From the NCBI GenBank assembly GCA_965224085.1, contig CBDCYI010000005.1, forward strand, positions 352,001 through 416,000: a stretch of 64,000 nt of DNA, given 5' to 3'. Positions 50,387 to 60,598 of this stretch are shown one piece after another. The notes under the pieces were generated by a model. That model did not search any database, was not told where the DNA came from, and worked only from the letters and a program-made list of their open reading frames with translations. Source of the stretch: Candidatus Marinacidobacterales bacterium. Lineage in GTDB: Bacteria > Acidobacteriota > Vicinamibacteria > Marinacidobacterales > SMYC01. The position numbers were made by a program, and so were the translations under genes. Numbering within the stretch: position 1 is the first letter of the stretch; each line of letters starts with the position of its first letter.

Positions 50387-51985
50387 TCAGGAAAGGCGTT
50401 CAGCCAAACGCTCCAACTCGGAGGTGACGTCCGGGCCAAGATGGGCCCGCAGCACGCGTCGGCCGCGCTCGCGGAGCACTTCGAGATCGCCCTGGGCCTG
50501 AAATCGCGTCAGGAGGCCGAACGTGTAGCGCCGGCCCGGAATCTCGATATCTTGGTTATCGCCCGCAGTAATCTGGAGAAACACGCCCCGATTGGGGCCC
50601 CCTTTGTGGAACTGCCCCGTCGAATGCAAGAAACGCGGGCCGTATCCCAGGGTCGTCGCGACACGCCGCGTGTCCCGCACGCGCATCCGGATGGACTGAA
50701 GAATGGCATTGTTCTCCGGGCTCATATCGACATAGGCCTGGATCGCGAAATAGTCGTCGGGCTCGAGCTGGTCGAGGAAGGCGCGGAGCTCCTCCGCTAA
50801 CGGGAGGGCCCCGTTCTCGGCGGGAAGCTCGCCGGTCTCCTCGTATTGGTCCGACAACACGCGTGTCTTGACTTTGCTCGCTTCGACGTCGGGCTGATCG
50901 AAAGGATCGAGCTCGAGCACAGCGCCGAGCACGGCGGTCGCGAGCTCCCAGCGAAAGAATTCCTGGCCCAAGTCGTCGACCGAGTCGAGAACTATCTTTA
51001 CGCAAGGGTAGCCCGCGGAAAGCTTCAACGGATCGGAGGACAGTGCCAGGTGCACGAAGATTCGATCGTCCCCATAAACGGTCGGAGCCCCGAGCGATTC
51101 GAGAGCGACCGGGAGAACGCCCTTCCCGTGCTTGCCGGTCGACTCGGCGATGAGCTGCTCGAGCCACGCCCCAAAGGAACAGAGAGCCTCTGACGTCACG
51201 ATGGTGACTTTGTCACGCCCTTCGAGCGCGGCTACACCGAGAGCGAGCCCGAGCGCGAGCGCGGGGTTTTCTTCCGGCGCGACGCCGGGCCCACAAGCTT
51301 CGACCATGGCACGAGCACGCGTCAAAAAGGCTATAGGATCGAGCCCCATCACCGCCGCCGGCACCATCCCAAAATTCGAGAGGGCCGAGAATCGCCCGCC
51401 GATCTCGGGCTCTCCTGGAAAGATACCGCGATAGCCCTGAATGCGCGCGAGCTCTTCGAGCGCCGAGCCCGGATCGGTCACGGCGATGAAGCGTTTGCCT
51501 TCTCCCGATCCCGCAAAGAAATATCTCTCGAAAGCGTTGGGCTCCGACGTCGACCCGGACTTCGAGGCGACGATGAAGAGCGTTTCGTCGAGAGCGAGCC
51601 TGCGCTCGAGACTCAGAATCTGCGCCGGCACGGTCGAGTCCAAGATATGGAGCTCGGGAAATCCTGGCTGGGTCGGGAAGGTCCGGCTCAAAACGTCGGG
51701 ACAAAGGCTCGAGCCTCCCATACCGAGCACGACCGCATGACGAAAGCCAGCCTCCACGATGTCCTGTTGGAGCGCCGCGAAAGTCTCCGAGGCGGCGAGT
51801 TGACGATCGATGACATCGAGCCAGCCGAGCCAGCGACCCTCATTGCCTCCCGTCCAAAGGGTCGCATCCCGCTCCCAGAGTCTTTTGACTTTGTTCTTCG
51901 CCCGCCAGTCCTCGAACTGAAGCCGTAAGGCCGCATCGGAAGGACCGAGATCGATGGATTGCGAATTCGGTCGCGCTTCGGTCAT
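50387..51985 (-). CDS. Glucose-6-phosphate isomerase (resembles the PGI half of bifunctional Tal-PGI proteins)
   Basis: GMGGSSL, SKSGSTSE, IGGRFSALS, EQLIAESTGK, PFDQPDVE, HSTGQFHKGG. Confidence 0.88.
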   Translation of the reverse strand: MTEARPNSQSIDLGPSDAALRLQFEDWRAKNKVKRLWERDATLWTGGNEGRWLGWLDVIDRQLAASETFAALQQDIVEAGFRHAVVLGMGGSSLCPDVLSRTFPTQPGFPELHILDSTVPAQILSLERRLALDETLFIVASKSGSTSEPNAFERYFFAGSGEGKRFIAVTDPGSALEELARIQGYRGIFPGEPEIGGRFSALSNFGMVPAAVMGLDPIAFLTRARAMVEACGPGVAPEENPALALGLALGVAALEGRDKVTIVTSEALCSFGAWLEQLIAESTGKHGKGVLPVALESLGAPTVYGDDRIFVHLALSSDPLKLSAGYPCVKIVLDSVDDLGQEFFRWELATAVLGAVLELDPFDQPDVEASKVKTRVLSDQYEETGELPAENGALPLAEELRAFLDQLEPDDYFAIQAYVDMSPENNAILQSIRMRVRDTRRVATTLGYGPRFLHSTGQFHKGGPNRGVFLQITAGDNQDIEIPGRRYTFGLLTRFQAQGDLEVLRERGRRVLRAHLGPDVTSELERLAERLS

Positions 51986-52061
51986 CGCTCGGCTGCTAGT
52001 TTACTCCCGTTTCCCGAACCGGCACCGCTTTGTGTTAGCCTGGCGCCAGAAGGACTTCACG

Positions 52062-53216
52062 ATGCACAGAGCTCCCGCGCCGACCGGTCTTCTGTTGGGT
52101 GCTTTGACCATCATCGCTTCCACTCTTGTCGCACAGCCGACGTTCCAAGCAATCCCCGAAACGACGCTTCTCGCCGGCTCCCCAATCCACATCCCTCTCG
52201 ATGGACAGAATCCGAGCAGCCAAACCTTGAGCTTTACAGCGGTCTCGAGCGATCCGCTCGTCACGCCGACCGTGCTGACCGGCAATCGCAGCCTTCGTAT
52301 TCACGTCGCCAATTACGGTGTCATGGTCTTCGAGCTTTTTGACGGGCGCGCTCGCCGCGCAACGAATCGCATCGTGGCGCTCGGGACTAGCGGTTTCTAC
52401 AACGGGGTCATTTTCCATCGCGTCATCAACGATTTCGTCCTACAAGGCGGAGACCCGACGGGAACCGGAAGCGGCGGCTCGCCCCTCGGGAGCTTCGACG
52501 ACCAATTCCACATCGATCTGCAGCACAACCGAACGGGTCTACTCTCGATGGCTAAATCGAGCGACGATTCGAACGATTCGCAGTTCTTCATCACGGAAGG
52601 GCCGCAGCGTCATCTCGACTTCAACCATTCCATCTTCGGGATTCTGGTGGAAGGAGAGGCCGTCCGTCAGAGGATTAGTAATGTAGCGACCGGTCCAGAT
52701 GATCGCCCAGTTGTGGATGTCGTGATGGAGTCCGTCGAATCTTTCACCGATACCCAAAACGCCGTGCTCATGCTGAAAGCTCCCGAAGGAGCGACCGGGG
52801 CCGTTGACATTACCGTCACTGTTCAAAACGCATCCGGCGCGCAGACGCAGCAAGCCTTCCGCGTGAATGTCACGCCGGACCTCGTCAACAGCCCGCCTTT
52901 TCTCGAAGACATTGCAGACATCAAAACACCGGTGAATACCGCCGTAACCTATCAGCTCACGGCCCGGGATGTTGAAGGAGATCCCGCTCTGTTTCTAGAC
53001 CAGAACAGCATGGCGGCGAACGGGCTACAAGTTCCGGTGGTCGCCAACGAGAACCTGCAATATGTCGTCGACTTCGATACCGGGCTCATGACGGTAACAC
53101 CGACGGGCGGCCTGAGCGGAAGGCATTCGATCTCCGTCGCCACGGCAATGAGTGCAGATGCCGTCGACTATCAAGTGGTCCCAGTCATGATTGGCCCCCC
53201 GCTCGAGAATCCCTAG
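52062..53216 (+). CDS. Exported cyclophilin-type peptidyl-prolyl isomerase with flanking beta-sandwich domains
   Basis: FYNGVIFHRVI, QGGDPTGTGSGG, LSMAK, SQFFIT, HLDFNHSIFG. Signal peptide. Confidence 0.9.
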   Translation: MHRAPAPTGLLLGALTIIASTLVAQPTFQAIPETTLLAGSPIHIPLDGQNPSSQTLSFTAVSSDPLVTPTVLTGNRSLRIHVANYGVMVFELFDGRARRATNRIVALGTSGFYNGVIFHRVINDFVLQGGDPTGTGSGGSPLGSFDDQFHIDLQHNRTGLLSMAKSSDDSNDSQFFITEGPQRHLDFNHSIFGILVEGEAVRQRISNVATGPDDRPVVDVVMESVESFTDTQNAVLMLKAPEGATGAVDITVTVQNASGAQTQQAFRVNVTPDLVNSPPFLEDIADIKTPVNTAVTYQLTARDVEGDPALFLDQNSMAANGLQVPVVANENLQYVVDFDTGLMTVTPTGGLSGRHSISVATAMSADAVDYQVVPVMIGPPLENP

Positions 53217-53312
53217 CCGGCGCCGAAACAAAGGCTCTATCAGCCTTTTCTTGAGAAAAAACAAGTGCTAGCACGCACGTGATGCGAAACCAGTTAGATG
53301 GATCCGTACGGC

Positions 53313-54332
53313 TCAAGTCAACCTCACGTCGCGCCCCCAATTCCCGCGTAAATGACGTCCCCCGAGCAACGATAGTAGCGAATGATAAAGCCAAGTCACG
53401 CCGACAAGCAGGAAGGCGGGTGCGAAGGTCCAGGGTTCGGCGGCAAGGAGGCTCCCCCGTGGCAGATCGGCCAGCATATTGCCCCAACTCGGCAGGGGCT
53501 CGCCGACGCCGAGGCCCACGAAGGAAAGCGTGACTTCGGCGAGCATGTAGGCGGGCACGAGCAAGGTCGCTTGGATCGCTATCGAGCTATAAGCCTGTGG
53601 GAGCACGTGGCGCCGGAGTAGGTGGACGTGCCCGGCGCCGGCGCCCCGGGAGGCATCGACATATTCGCGCGCGCGCGCGCTCAACACGATGCCGCGCACG
53701 ATCCGCGTCGGCGCCGGCCATCCCAAAAGGCCGAGAAGCACGACGACTACAAAAAACGCCGTCCCAGGCGCCATGTCGAGGGGGAGAAAAGCGCGCGCGG
53801 CGAGAAGCATGTAAATCCAAGGCAAGCTCAGGAACACGTCCACGAGTCTCATGATCGCAGAGTCGATGAAGCCGCCGAAATAGCCGGCGAGCGATCCAAG
53901 ACTCAGGGCTGTCGTGAGAGCGAGCGCCGCAGCGACGAAGCCCGCTGACAGCGACACTTGTGCGCCGACGACGAGCCGCGAAAAATAATCGCGCCCGAGA
54001 GCATCGGTACCAAGAAGAAAGACGCGATGAGGCTCATCGACGCCGTAGAGATGTAAGTCCGATCCGAACAGACCCAAAACGGAATATGAGCTACCGCGAA
54101 CGAAGAAGCGAAGCGGCACCAAAGCGCCGCCCGCGAGCGGGCTCTCGACCGAAGGCCGCAGATGCCACGCGCCGCTCCCATCAACCCATCGCAGCTTGGT
54201 CGGCGACGCGAGAGGCACCTCACGATTCTGCTCACGGTAGGAGTAAGGCGAGAAGAACCCTGCGAGGATCGCGACTCCATGAATCGACAGCAAGAGCAAC
54301 AGGAGTGCTGTGAGCTTGGTGTCGTGCCTCAT
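53313..54332 (-). CDS. Peptide/nickel ABC transporter permease (DppC/OppC-like)
   Basis: LGTDALGRD, REYVDASRGAGA, AEVTLSFVGLG, PSWGNML. Confidence 0.9.
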   Translation of the reverse strand: MRHDTKLTALLLLLLSIHGVAILAGFFSPYSYREQNREVPLASPTKLRWVDGSGAWHLRPSVESPLAGGALVPLRFFVRGSSYSVLGLFGSDLHLYGVDEPHRVFLLGTDALGRDYFSRLVVGAQVSLSAGFVAAALALTTALSLGSLAGYFGGFIDSAIMRLVDVFLSLPWIYMLLAARAFLPLDMAPGTAFFVVVVLLGLLGWPAPTRIVRGIVLSARAREYVDASRGAGAGHVHLLRRHVLPQAYSSIAIQATLLVPAYMLAEVTLSFVGLGVGEPLPSWGNMLADLPRGSLLAAEPWTFAPAFLLVGVTWLYHSLLSLLGGRHLRGNWGRDVRLT

Positions 54333-55294
54333 CGCGCCGCCATCCTGGGATCGTTGAGGTAGAGAACGATGTCTGTCAGAAGACCACCGGCGATGACGAG
54401 CACCGCCGAGCACATCACGCCGCCGATAACGACATGGACGTCGCGCGCGCGGATCGCCTCGAGAAGAAACGGCCCTAGCCCCGGCCAGCCCATCACGACC
54501 TCGACGATGAAGGAACCGCTGAGAAGTGACGCGACGGACAGGCCCGCAATCGAGATCAGAGGATTCGCGGCGGGACGTAAGACGTGGTGGAGCACGAGCC
54601 TTCGTTCGGTGACGCCGAGAGCGCGCGCGTTCCAGACGAACGTCTCTTCCATCACGTCTTCGACCGCCGCTTTAACGTGGCGCACAAGCACCGCAAAGGC
54701 GGGGAGTGCTAAGGTCGTAACCGGAAGCACGAGATGCCACAAAAGGTCGCGCGTACGTCCCAAAGTCGAAAGATCGTCGGCGCCGATCGAGCGCATCCCT
54801 CCAATGGGAAAGGCCCCCGACCGCTCTGCGAGCACGAGCAGAGTAAGCCCCAAGATGAGCTCGGGAAAGCCGAGGATGACGGAAGTAAGAAACCCCATGG
54901 AATGAACGGCCGTGCTCCGGCGCGTGGCCCACCACACGCCAACGGGCAAAGCGAGTGCCCAGGCCACGGCGGCCGCGCTCGCGCCGAGCACGAGCGTATT
55001 GATGGCGCGTCCCCACACGAGCGGTGCCACCGCGATGCCGTAAGCGAACGAAAAACCCCACGTGCCCGTGACGACCGCACCAAGCCACGTCCAATAGCGC
55101 TCCACGAAAGGGCGGTCGAGGCCGTATTGAACGCGCATCGCCTCGAGTGTTTCCTGGGAAATCTGCGGGCTGAGCCGCATACGATCCAGATAATCTCCCG
55201 GCGCAAGCTCGAGAAACAGAAACGCCAGGATCGACACCGCGAAAAGCGCGAAAAGCGCTTGGGCTATGCGACCGATCCAGAAATTCACGGTCAC
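54329..55294 (-). CDS. Peptide/nickel ABC transporter permease (DppB/OppB-like)
   Basis: APGD, YGLDRP, NARALG, GSFIVEVVMGWPGLG, LYLNDPR. Its GTG start overlaps the thiolase stop. Confidence 0.9.
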   Translation of the reverse strand: MTVNFWIGRIAQALFALFAVSILAFLFLELAPGDYLDRMRLSPQISQETLEAMRVQYGLDRPFVERYWTWLGAVVTGTWGFSFAYGIAVAPLVWGRAINTLVLGASAAAVAWALALPVGVWWATRRSTAVHSMGFLTSVILGFPELILGLTLLVLAERSGAFPIGGMRSIGADDLSTLGRTRDLLWHLVLPVTTLALPAFAVLVRHVKAAVEDVMEETFVWNARALGVTERRLVLHHVLRPAANPLISIAGLSVASLLSGSFIVEVVMGWPGLGPFLLEAIRARDVHVVIGGVMCSAVLVIAGGLLTDIVLYLNDPRMAAR

Positions 55295-56408
55295 TAGCGT
55301 TCGAGAATCATGGCGCCGGCCATGCCGCCGGCAGCACAAATACTCACAAGTCCCAGGTTCTTGTCGCGGCGTGCCATTTCGTTCGCAAGCGTCGTCACGA
55401 TCCGCCCACCGGTCGCGGCCCACGGATGCCCGATCGCAATCGAGCTTCCGTTCACGTTCACGCGATCCCAATCGACGGGCCCGGTCGGCTCCCCTTTCCA
55501 CCCCTTCTCCCACGCCGCCGCGTTCGCGAGAACTTGAGCGCCGAACGCTTCGTGCATCTCGATCAAGTCGATCTCCGACAGTTTTAGTTCGCTCTGTGAC
55601 AGTGCGCGCGGCACGGCGATGGCGGGCGCCATGAGCAGTCCTTCGGATGGATCGAGTGCCGCGAAGGCCATCGTACGGATGAAAGCAAGCGGCTCCAGGT
55701 TGTCGCTGCGCGCCCTCTCCTCGCTCATCAGCAGAACCGCGGACGCGCCGTCCGTCACCGGCGAGGAGTTGCCCGCGGTGAGCATGCCTTCGGGATCGAA
55801 GACGGGCCGGAGCCCGGCAAGCGCTTCGATCGAAGTATCGGCTCGCGGGCCGGAATCGGCGTCGATGCCGAGCACCGGGCAAATTTCTGCAGCGAGCTTG
55901 CCCCGCGCAGCGACCGCGTGGCGATGGCTCGCGAGAGCAATCTCGTCTTGACGGTCTCGAGAAATGTCCCACGCCTTGCGCGTCAGCTCGGTGTGCTCTC
56001 CCATGCTGAGCCCCGTCGAGGGCTCTTTGAACGTGCTCGGATCCGAGTGATACTGCATCACCGGTCTCCGCACGATTGCGAGCGTGGCCGAAGCCATCGC
56101 AACCGGCCGGATCGCATGCGGTATTGCGGGAGGCGTGGACTCTCTATCTAGGATGAGATCGTTTGCGCTTCGATATGGCTCGGAAGCCCTTCCTCGAAGA
56201 CGATCTCGCGTGCGAGATTGGGCTTGCCTCGTTCGGGAACAACAACGCCGAATGCGAGAGACTCGACGGCTTCCGCGTCGAGGCCTTGCTTGTTTAGGAG
56301 AGCGCGTACCGACTCCCGCGCCAGGCGCAAGGGGCCGAGATCCTTGAACGCTTTTCCCGATTTGACGAACGGGGTTCTCATACCGGAAACGACAGCGACT
56401 CGGTTCAT
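55294..56408 (-). pseudogene. Acetyl-CoA C-acyltransferase (thiolase, FadI-like) disrupted by a ~98-bp internal inversion
   Basis: MRTPFVK...AQTISS on minus. YCITGL...AGGVDSLS lies on the plus strand at 56051-56149. SMGEH, AGNSSPVTDGA, HEAF, GHPWAATG and CAAGG resume on minus. Confidence 0.88.
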
Positions 56409-57755
56409 ACTTGTCTGCTCTCTATTCACACGTTGCTCGGGTCTTTGACCGGCCTTTATATAGGTAAGATAGCGCTCCAGAGAACGGATGCCCTCGGGAA
56501 TCAAAGGACACGTCCTGCGCACGAAGTCTTCTCGTTCGGCTGTCGTCGAAGGCGGGCATCGACGCCACTCGGCAAGAGCGGCGTCCCCATCATAGTCGAT
56601 GTAACTACAGCGGAAGGCAAGCTCGCCGTCATCGAGGAGCAAAGCGCTCCCGGGGAGCATGGCCGTATGCTCCACGTGCAACACATGCTCGGCGACCGCG
56701 GCGCTCGTGTCCAGACCCATCTTCGTGAAAGCGTCGCGGTCACGCCCGAGATCGACGAACAGATAGAAAGCACCTTCGGGCGCGCGTGTTTCGAAGCCGC
56801 CAGTAGAGAAGAGCGCGGACGCGACGCCCGCGACCGCGCGGTTCACCGCTCGGCAATCGCGGATGGTGCTCTCGACGTCGTCGTCGAGCGCGTAGGCATG
56901 GATGGCGGCATGTTGGATGGGTGCAGCAACCGAAGAATAGGTCGCGCCGGCGATCTTCAAGACGTCGCTCAACAACTGCTTCTCACGTGCCGGAAAAAGG
57001 CCGATACCAACGCGATAGCCTCCCGCGCCGCGATCTTTCGAGAGGCCACCCGTGACGATCGTACCCTCGGGATAAACTTCGCCCATGCTCGTGAAAGCTT
57101 CGGGGTCGAACGCTGTCAGCGCATAGATTTCATCAGAAATCACGACAACGCCATGCGTTCGACAGACCTCCGCGAGCGTCTCGAGCTCGCCGCGGGCATA
57201 GACAGCACCCGTCGGATTGTGCGGGTGGTTCAAAATGAGGATCGATGGCGAGCCCGCCGCTTTCTCGATCCCGTGGCCTAGGCGCTCAGGCGTCAGCTTG
57301 AAGCCTTCCGAAGCGTGCAATCGCAACGGAACGATTTCCTTTCGCAATATTGCCGCTTGCGGCATGTAGCTCACCCACGACGGGATGGGCACGAGGACAG
57401 AGCCCTCGAGAGCGGCCAAAAGCATCGCGATCATTTCCTTACTGCCCGGGCTCACGACAATCTGCTCCGGTGCTACCGTCATTCGAAAATGGTGCTCGTA
57501 GTAGCGAGCTATTGTTTCGCGGAGGGCGGGAAGACCTGCGGTCGGTAGATAGCCATGCTCGCCGGCATGTGCCCGCAGTGCTTCAACCACGGAAGGTGGC
57601 GGCGAGAAAGGCGACTGCCCGAAAGCGAAGTGGTGATAGGGCCGTTTGCAGCCCATGCGGCGGCACGCTTCTCGAAATCGCTGAATCTGATCGTTGATGC
57701 GCAGATTAGCTGGAATTTCGACGGCAGCGAGGTGGGCTTCGGTACGCACGGTCAT
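56409..57755 (-). CDS. PLP-dependent aminotransferase class I/II, running in frame into the thiolase without a stop
   Basis: FGQSPF, PGSKE, NHPHNPTG, SDEIY, GGLSKDRGAGGYRVG, GAFYLF. Confidence 0.88.
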
Positions 57756-57816
57756 CTCGATCCTGCCTGTATCATACGACGTCTCGTTGGCCACAATGAT
57801 AAAGTAGTTCACCACC

Positions 57817-59208
57817 ATGCCGGATTCAGAAGCCTACGACGCCATCATCATCGGAACGGGGCAAGCCGGCAAACCGCTCGCCAAATCCCTCGCTAAATCC
57901 GGAAAGAAGACAGCCATCATCGAGCGCGACGACAGGGTTGGCGGCTCCTGCGTCGTCTACGGCTGCACTCCGACCAAGACGATGGTCGCGAGCGCGCGGG
58001 TGGCTCACTTGGCCCGGCGTGCGAGTGATTACGGCGTGCGCACCGGCGCTAGCACCATCAGTGTCGAGCTCGACCGCGTGCGTGAGCGCAAGCGCGCCAT
58101 CGTAGATCTCTTCAGCGACGGTAGCCGCAAAGGTCTCGAGCGAGAAGAGAACATCAAGTTGATCTTCGGCGAAGCGCGTTTTACGGACGCGCACCGCATC
58201 GCGATCGGAGACGAGCTCGAGCTCACCGCTCCTTGGATCTTCATCAATACGGGTACGAAGCCCACGGTCCCGGACATAGAAGGTCTGGCCGATATCCGGT
58301 TTCTGACGTCGGGGACCGTGATGGAGCTAGACACCGTTCCCGAGCACCTCGTCATTCTTGGTGGCGGGTATATCGGGGTCGAGTTCGGCCAGATGTTTCG
58401 CCGCTTCGGAAGTGCCGTGACGATCGTGCAACGCGGCCGTCAGCTCCTCCCGCGGGAAGACGAAGACGTCGCGGATGCGATACTCGAGATCTTTCGCGAG
58501 GACGGCATCGACGTTTTGCTCGAGGCGACCGTCACAGGAGTGGCGCGCGACGGCGAAGGCGCCACTTCGATTACGGTGGAGACCGAAAACGGAACACGGG
58601 TCCTCGAAGCGCCAGAGCTGCTCGTCGCCGCCGGCAGAACGCCCAACACCGGTGCTCTGTCCCCTCGAGCGGCGGGGATCGAGCTCGACGCGCGCGGCTT
58701 CATCCCCGTGAACGACAATCTCGAAACGAGTGTCGACGGGATCTATGCGCTCGGTGACGTGACCGGAGGCCCTGCCTTCACCCATATTTCCTACGATGAC
58801 TACCGCATCGTCGAAGCCAACCTTCTCCATGACGGCGATGCGAGCACAGCGGGACGGCTCGTCCCTTATGCCGTGTTCATGGATCCTGAGCTCGGTCGCG
58901 TGGGCCTGAGCGAGCGCGAAGCCGAGAAGCTCGGCATCTCCTACGAGGTCGTCAAAATGCCAATGAGCCATATCGCCCGCGCGATCGAGATGGACGAGAC
59001 CCGCGGCTTCATGAAAGCGCTCGTCGACCCGAAGACGAAGCAGATTCTCGGCTGTGCCATTCTCGGCATCGGCGGCGGCGAGATCATGTCGGTCCTGCAA
59101 GTCGCCATGATGGGTCAGGTTCCTTACACCTCGATCCAAAACGGTGTGTTTGCCCACCCCACGCTCGCGGAATCCCTCAATAATCTCTTTATGCGGCTCG
59201 GCGGATGA
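57817..59208 (+). CDS. Class I pyridine nucleotide-disulfide oxidoreductase, RclA/mercuric-reductase-like
   Basis: [39 protein letters not shown]. No C-terminal Cys pair. Confidence 0.88.
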   Translation: MPDSEAYDAIIIGTGQAGKPLAKSLAKSGKKTAIIERDDRVGGSCVVYGCTPTKTMVASARVAHLARRASDYGVRTGASTISVELDRVRERKRAIVDLFSDGSRKGLEREENIKLIFGEARFTDAHRIAIGDELELTAPWIFINTGTKPTVPDIEGLADIRFLTSGTVMELDTVPEHLVILGGGYIGVEFGQMFRRFGSAVTIVQRGRQLLPREDEDVADAILEIFREDGIDVLLEATVTGVARDGEGATSITVETENGTRVLEAPELLVAAGRTPNTGALSPRAAGIELDARGFIPVNDNLETSVDGIYALGDVTGGPAFTHISYDDYRIVEANLLHDGDASTAGRLVPYAVFMDPELGRVGLSEREAEKLGISYEVVKMPMSHIARAIEMDETRGFMKALVDPKTKQILGCAILGIGGGEIMSVLQVAMMGQVPYTSIQNGVFAHPTLAESLNNLFMRLGG

Positions 59209-59302
59209 ATGAACAACGTGTGAAGGCCGCCATAGACGACACACCCCAACTTTTCCGATCATCGATAGGCAGAGGTGATGATGAGGATTGGCTTGGGCGA
59301 TA

Positions 59303-59896
59303 ATGACGGCCGTAGTGAGCGAGAGCGCACCCGTCGATTCAGAGATCAGCGAGCTCATGGTGCACTATCAGGCCGGGCAGCTCAAAGCGTTCGATGCGCT
59401 CTACGCGAAGCTTGCGCCCAAGCTGCGCGGATTTCTGTCGTCTCTCACCTACAACGCTTCCCTGACAGAGGATCTGCTACAAGAAACGTTCTTGCAAATC
59501 CATCGTTCGCGCCATACCTATACGCCCCCACGACCGGTCGGGCCCTGGGCCTTAGCCATCGCGCGTCACGTGTTCCTGATGCATCGACGCGCTTCCGCGC
59601 GCCGGTACAGGGTGGAAACGGGCGCACTCGAGCAGCTCCCCGAAGTGCCGGTGCCGCCCGCCATGGAGCAGCTCGGCTCGCACCGCGACGTGTGGAGAGC
59701 ACTCGCGGAGCTTTCGGACGACCGGCGCGAGGCGGTGTTGCTGCACCACGTCTGGGGATTCACCTTCGGAGAGATCGGCGCCATGCTCGGCATCCGGGCG
59801 GGCACGGCGAAGCTAAGAGCGCATCGCGCGCTCGGCGCGCTGCGGACACTCTTGGCATCTCCGGACGAACGAGGGGCGGCAAGTGATCCAAGATAG
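59303..59896 (+). CDS. ECF RNA polymerase sigma factor
   Basis: EDLLQETFLQIH region 2 and EIGAMLGIRAGTAKLRAHRA region 4. Confidence 0.92.
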   Translation: MTAVVSESAPVDSEISELMVHYQAGQLKAFDALYAKLAPKLRGFLSSLTYNASLTEDLLQETFLQIHRSRHTYTPPRPVGPWALAIARHVFLMHRRASARRYRVETGALEQLPEVPVPPAMEQLGSHRDVWRALAELSDDRREAVLLHHVWGFTFGEIGAMLGIRAGTAKLRAHRALGALRTLLASPDERGAASDPR

Positions 59897-60554
59897 CTCT
59901 TTCGAGAGGATCCGTCGTGAAGTGGCGCAGGACCTGAAGCCGGTGCGCCCACTCCGCCCCGCTTGGGCGAGTGCTTTGATTGCGTTTCCGGTGGCGCTTT
60001 TCTTGTTAAGCCTCGTGCTTATGGTCTACGGGCTTCGCGGCGACGCGGCCGCAATCCGGGCCGTCCCTCTCTGGGTCCCGGCGAGCCTGGCGGTGGCCGC
60101 GGCTTACGCCGTGCTCGTGCTCGCACTCATTCAGCGCGCGCCCGAGTCGACCGTCAGTTGGACTTGGTGGGTCGCGCTCCCGCTCGCCGCCATCGTGTTC
60201 CAGGTCGGAAGCGCTTACTGGACGCTCGCGCATAGCGGCTTCCCAACCTCCGTGCGCTGGCAGGCGGAAGCGATGTGCTTCTGGCGCATCTCGATTCTCG
60301 GTTTGCCGCCGGTGATCCTCGTGCTCGCGCTTTTGTCGCGTGGGTTGCCGCTTCGGCCCAAAGTCGCGGGGCTCCTCGGTGGTCTCGGCGGCGGGTTCAT
60401 CTCCGAGGGTGTCTATCGCCTTCACTGCGGCATGTCTCATCCGGGCCATATCGTGCCGTGGCATACAGGCGCGGTTCTCGTGATGGGACTTCTCGGCCTT
60501 CTCGCTGGCATGTGGTGGGAGCGCCAGCGCCTCCGGAGCGGAGCGGAGAGGTAA
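59883..60554 (+). CDS. NrsF (DUF1109)-like membrane anti-sigma factor
   Basis: DLKPVRPL N-terminus, six TM segments, conserved Cys in AMCF and YRLHC...WH. Overlaps the sigma gene. Confidence 0.8.
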   Translation: MIQDSSFERIRREVAQDLKPVRPLRPAWASALIAFPVALFLLSLVLMVYGLRGDAAAIRAVPLWVPASLAVAAAYAVLVLALIQRAPESTVSWTWWVALPLAAIVFQVGSAYWTLAHSGFPTSVRWQAEAMCFWRISILGLPPVILVLALLSRGLPLRPKVAGLLGGLGGGFISEGVYRLHCGMSHPGHIVPWHTGAVLVMGLLGLLAGMWWERQRLRSGAER

Positions 60555-60598
60555 AACCTCTCCCAGCTTGTTAGAATCCCCTGTACTGGAGGTCCGCT

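Noticed and set aside
57817-59208. merA mercuric reductase
   Set aside because: No C-terminal Cys-Cys pair, no NmerA domain and no mer genes nearby.
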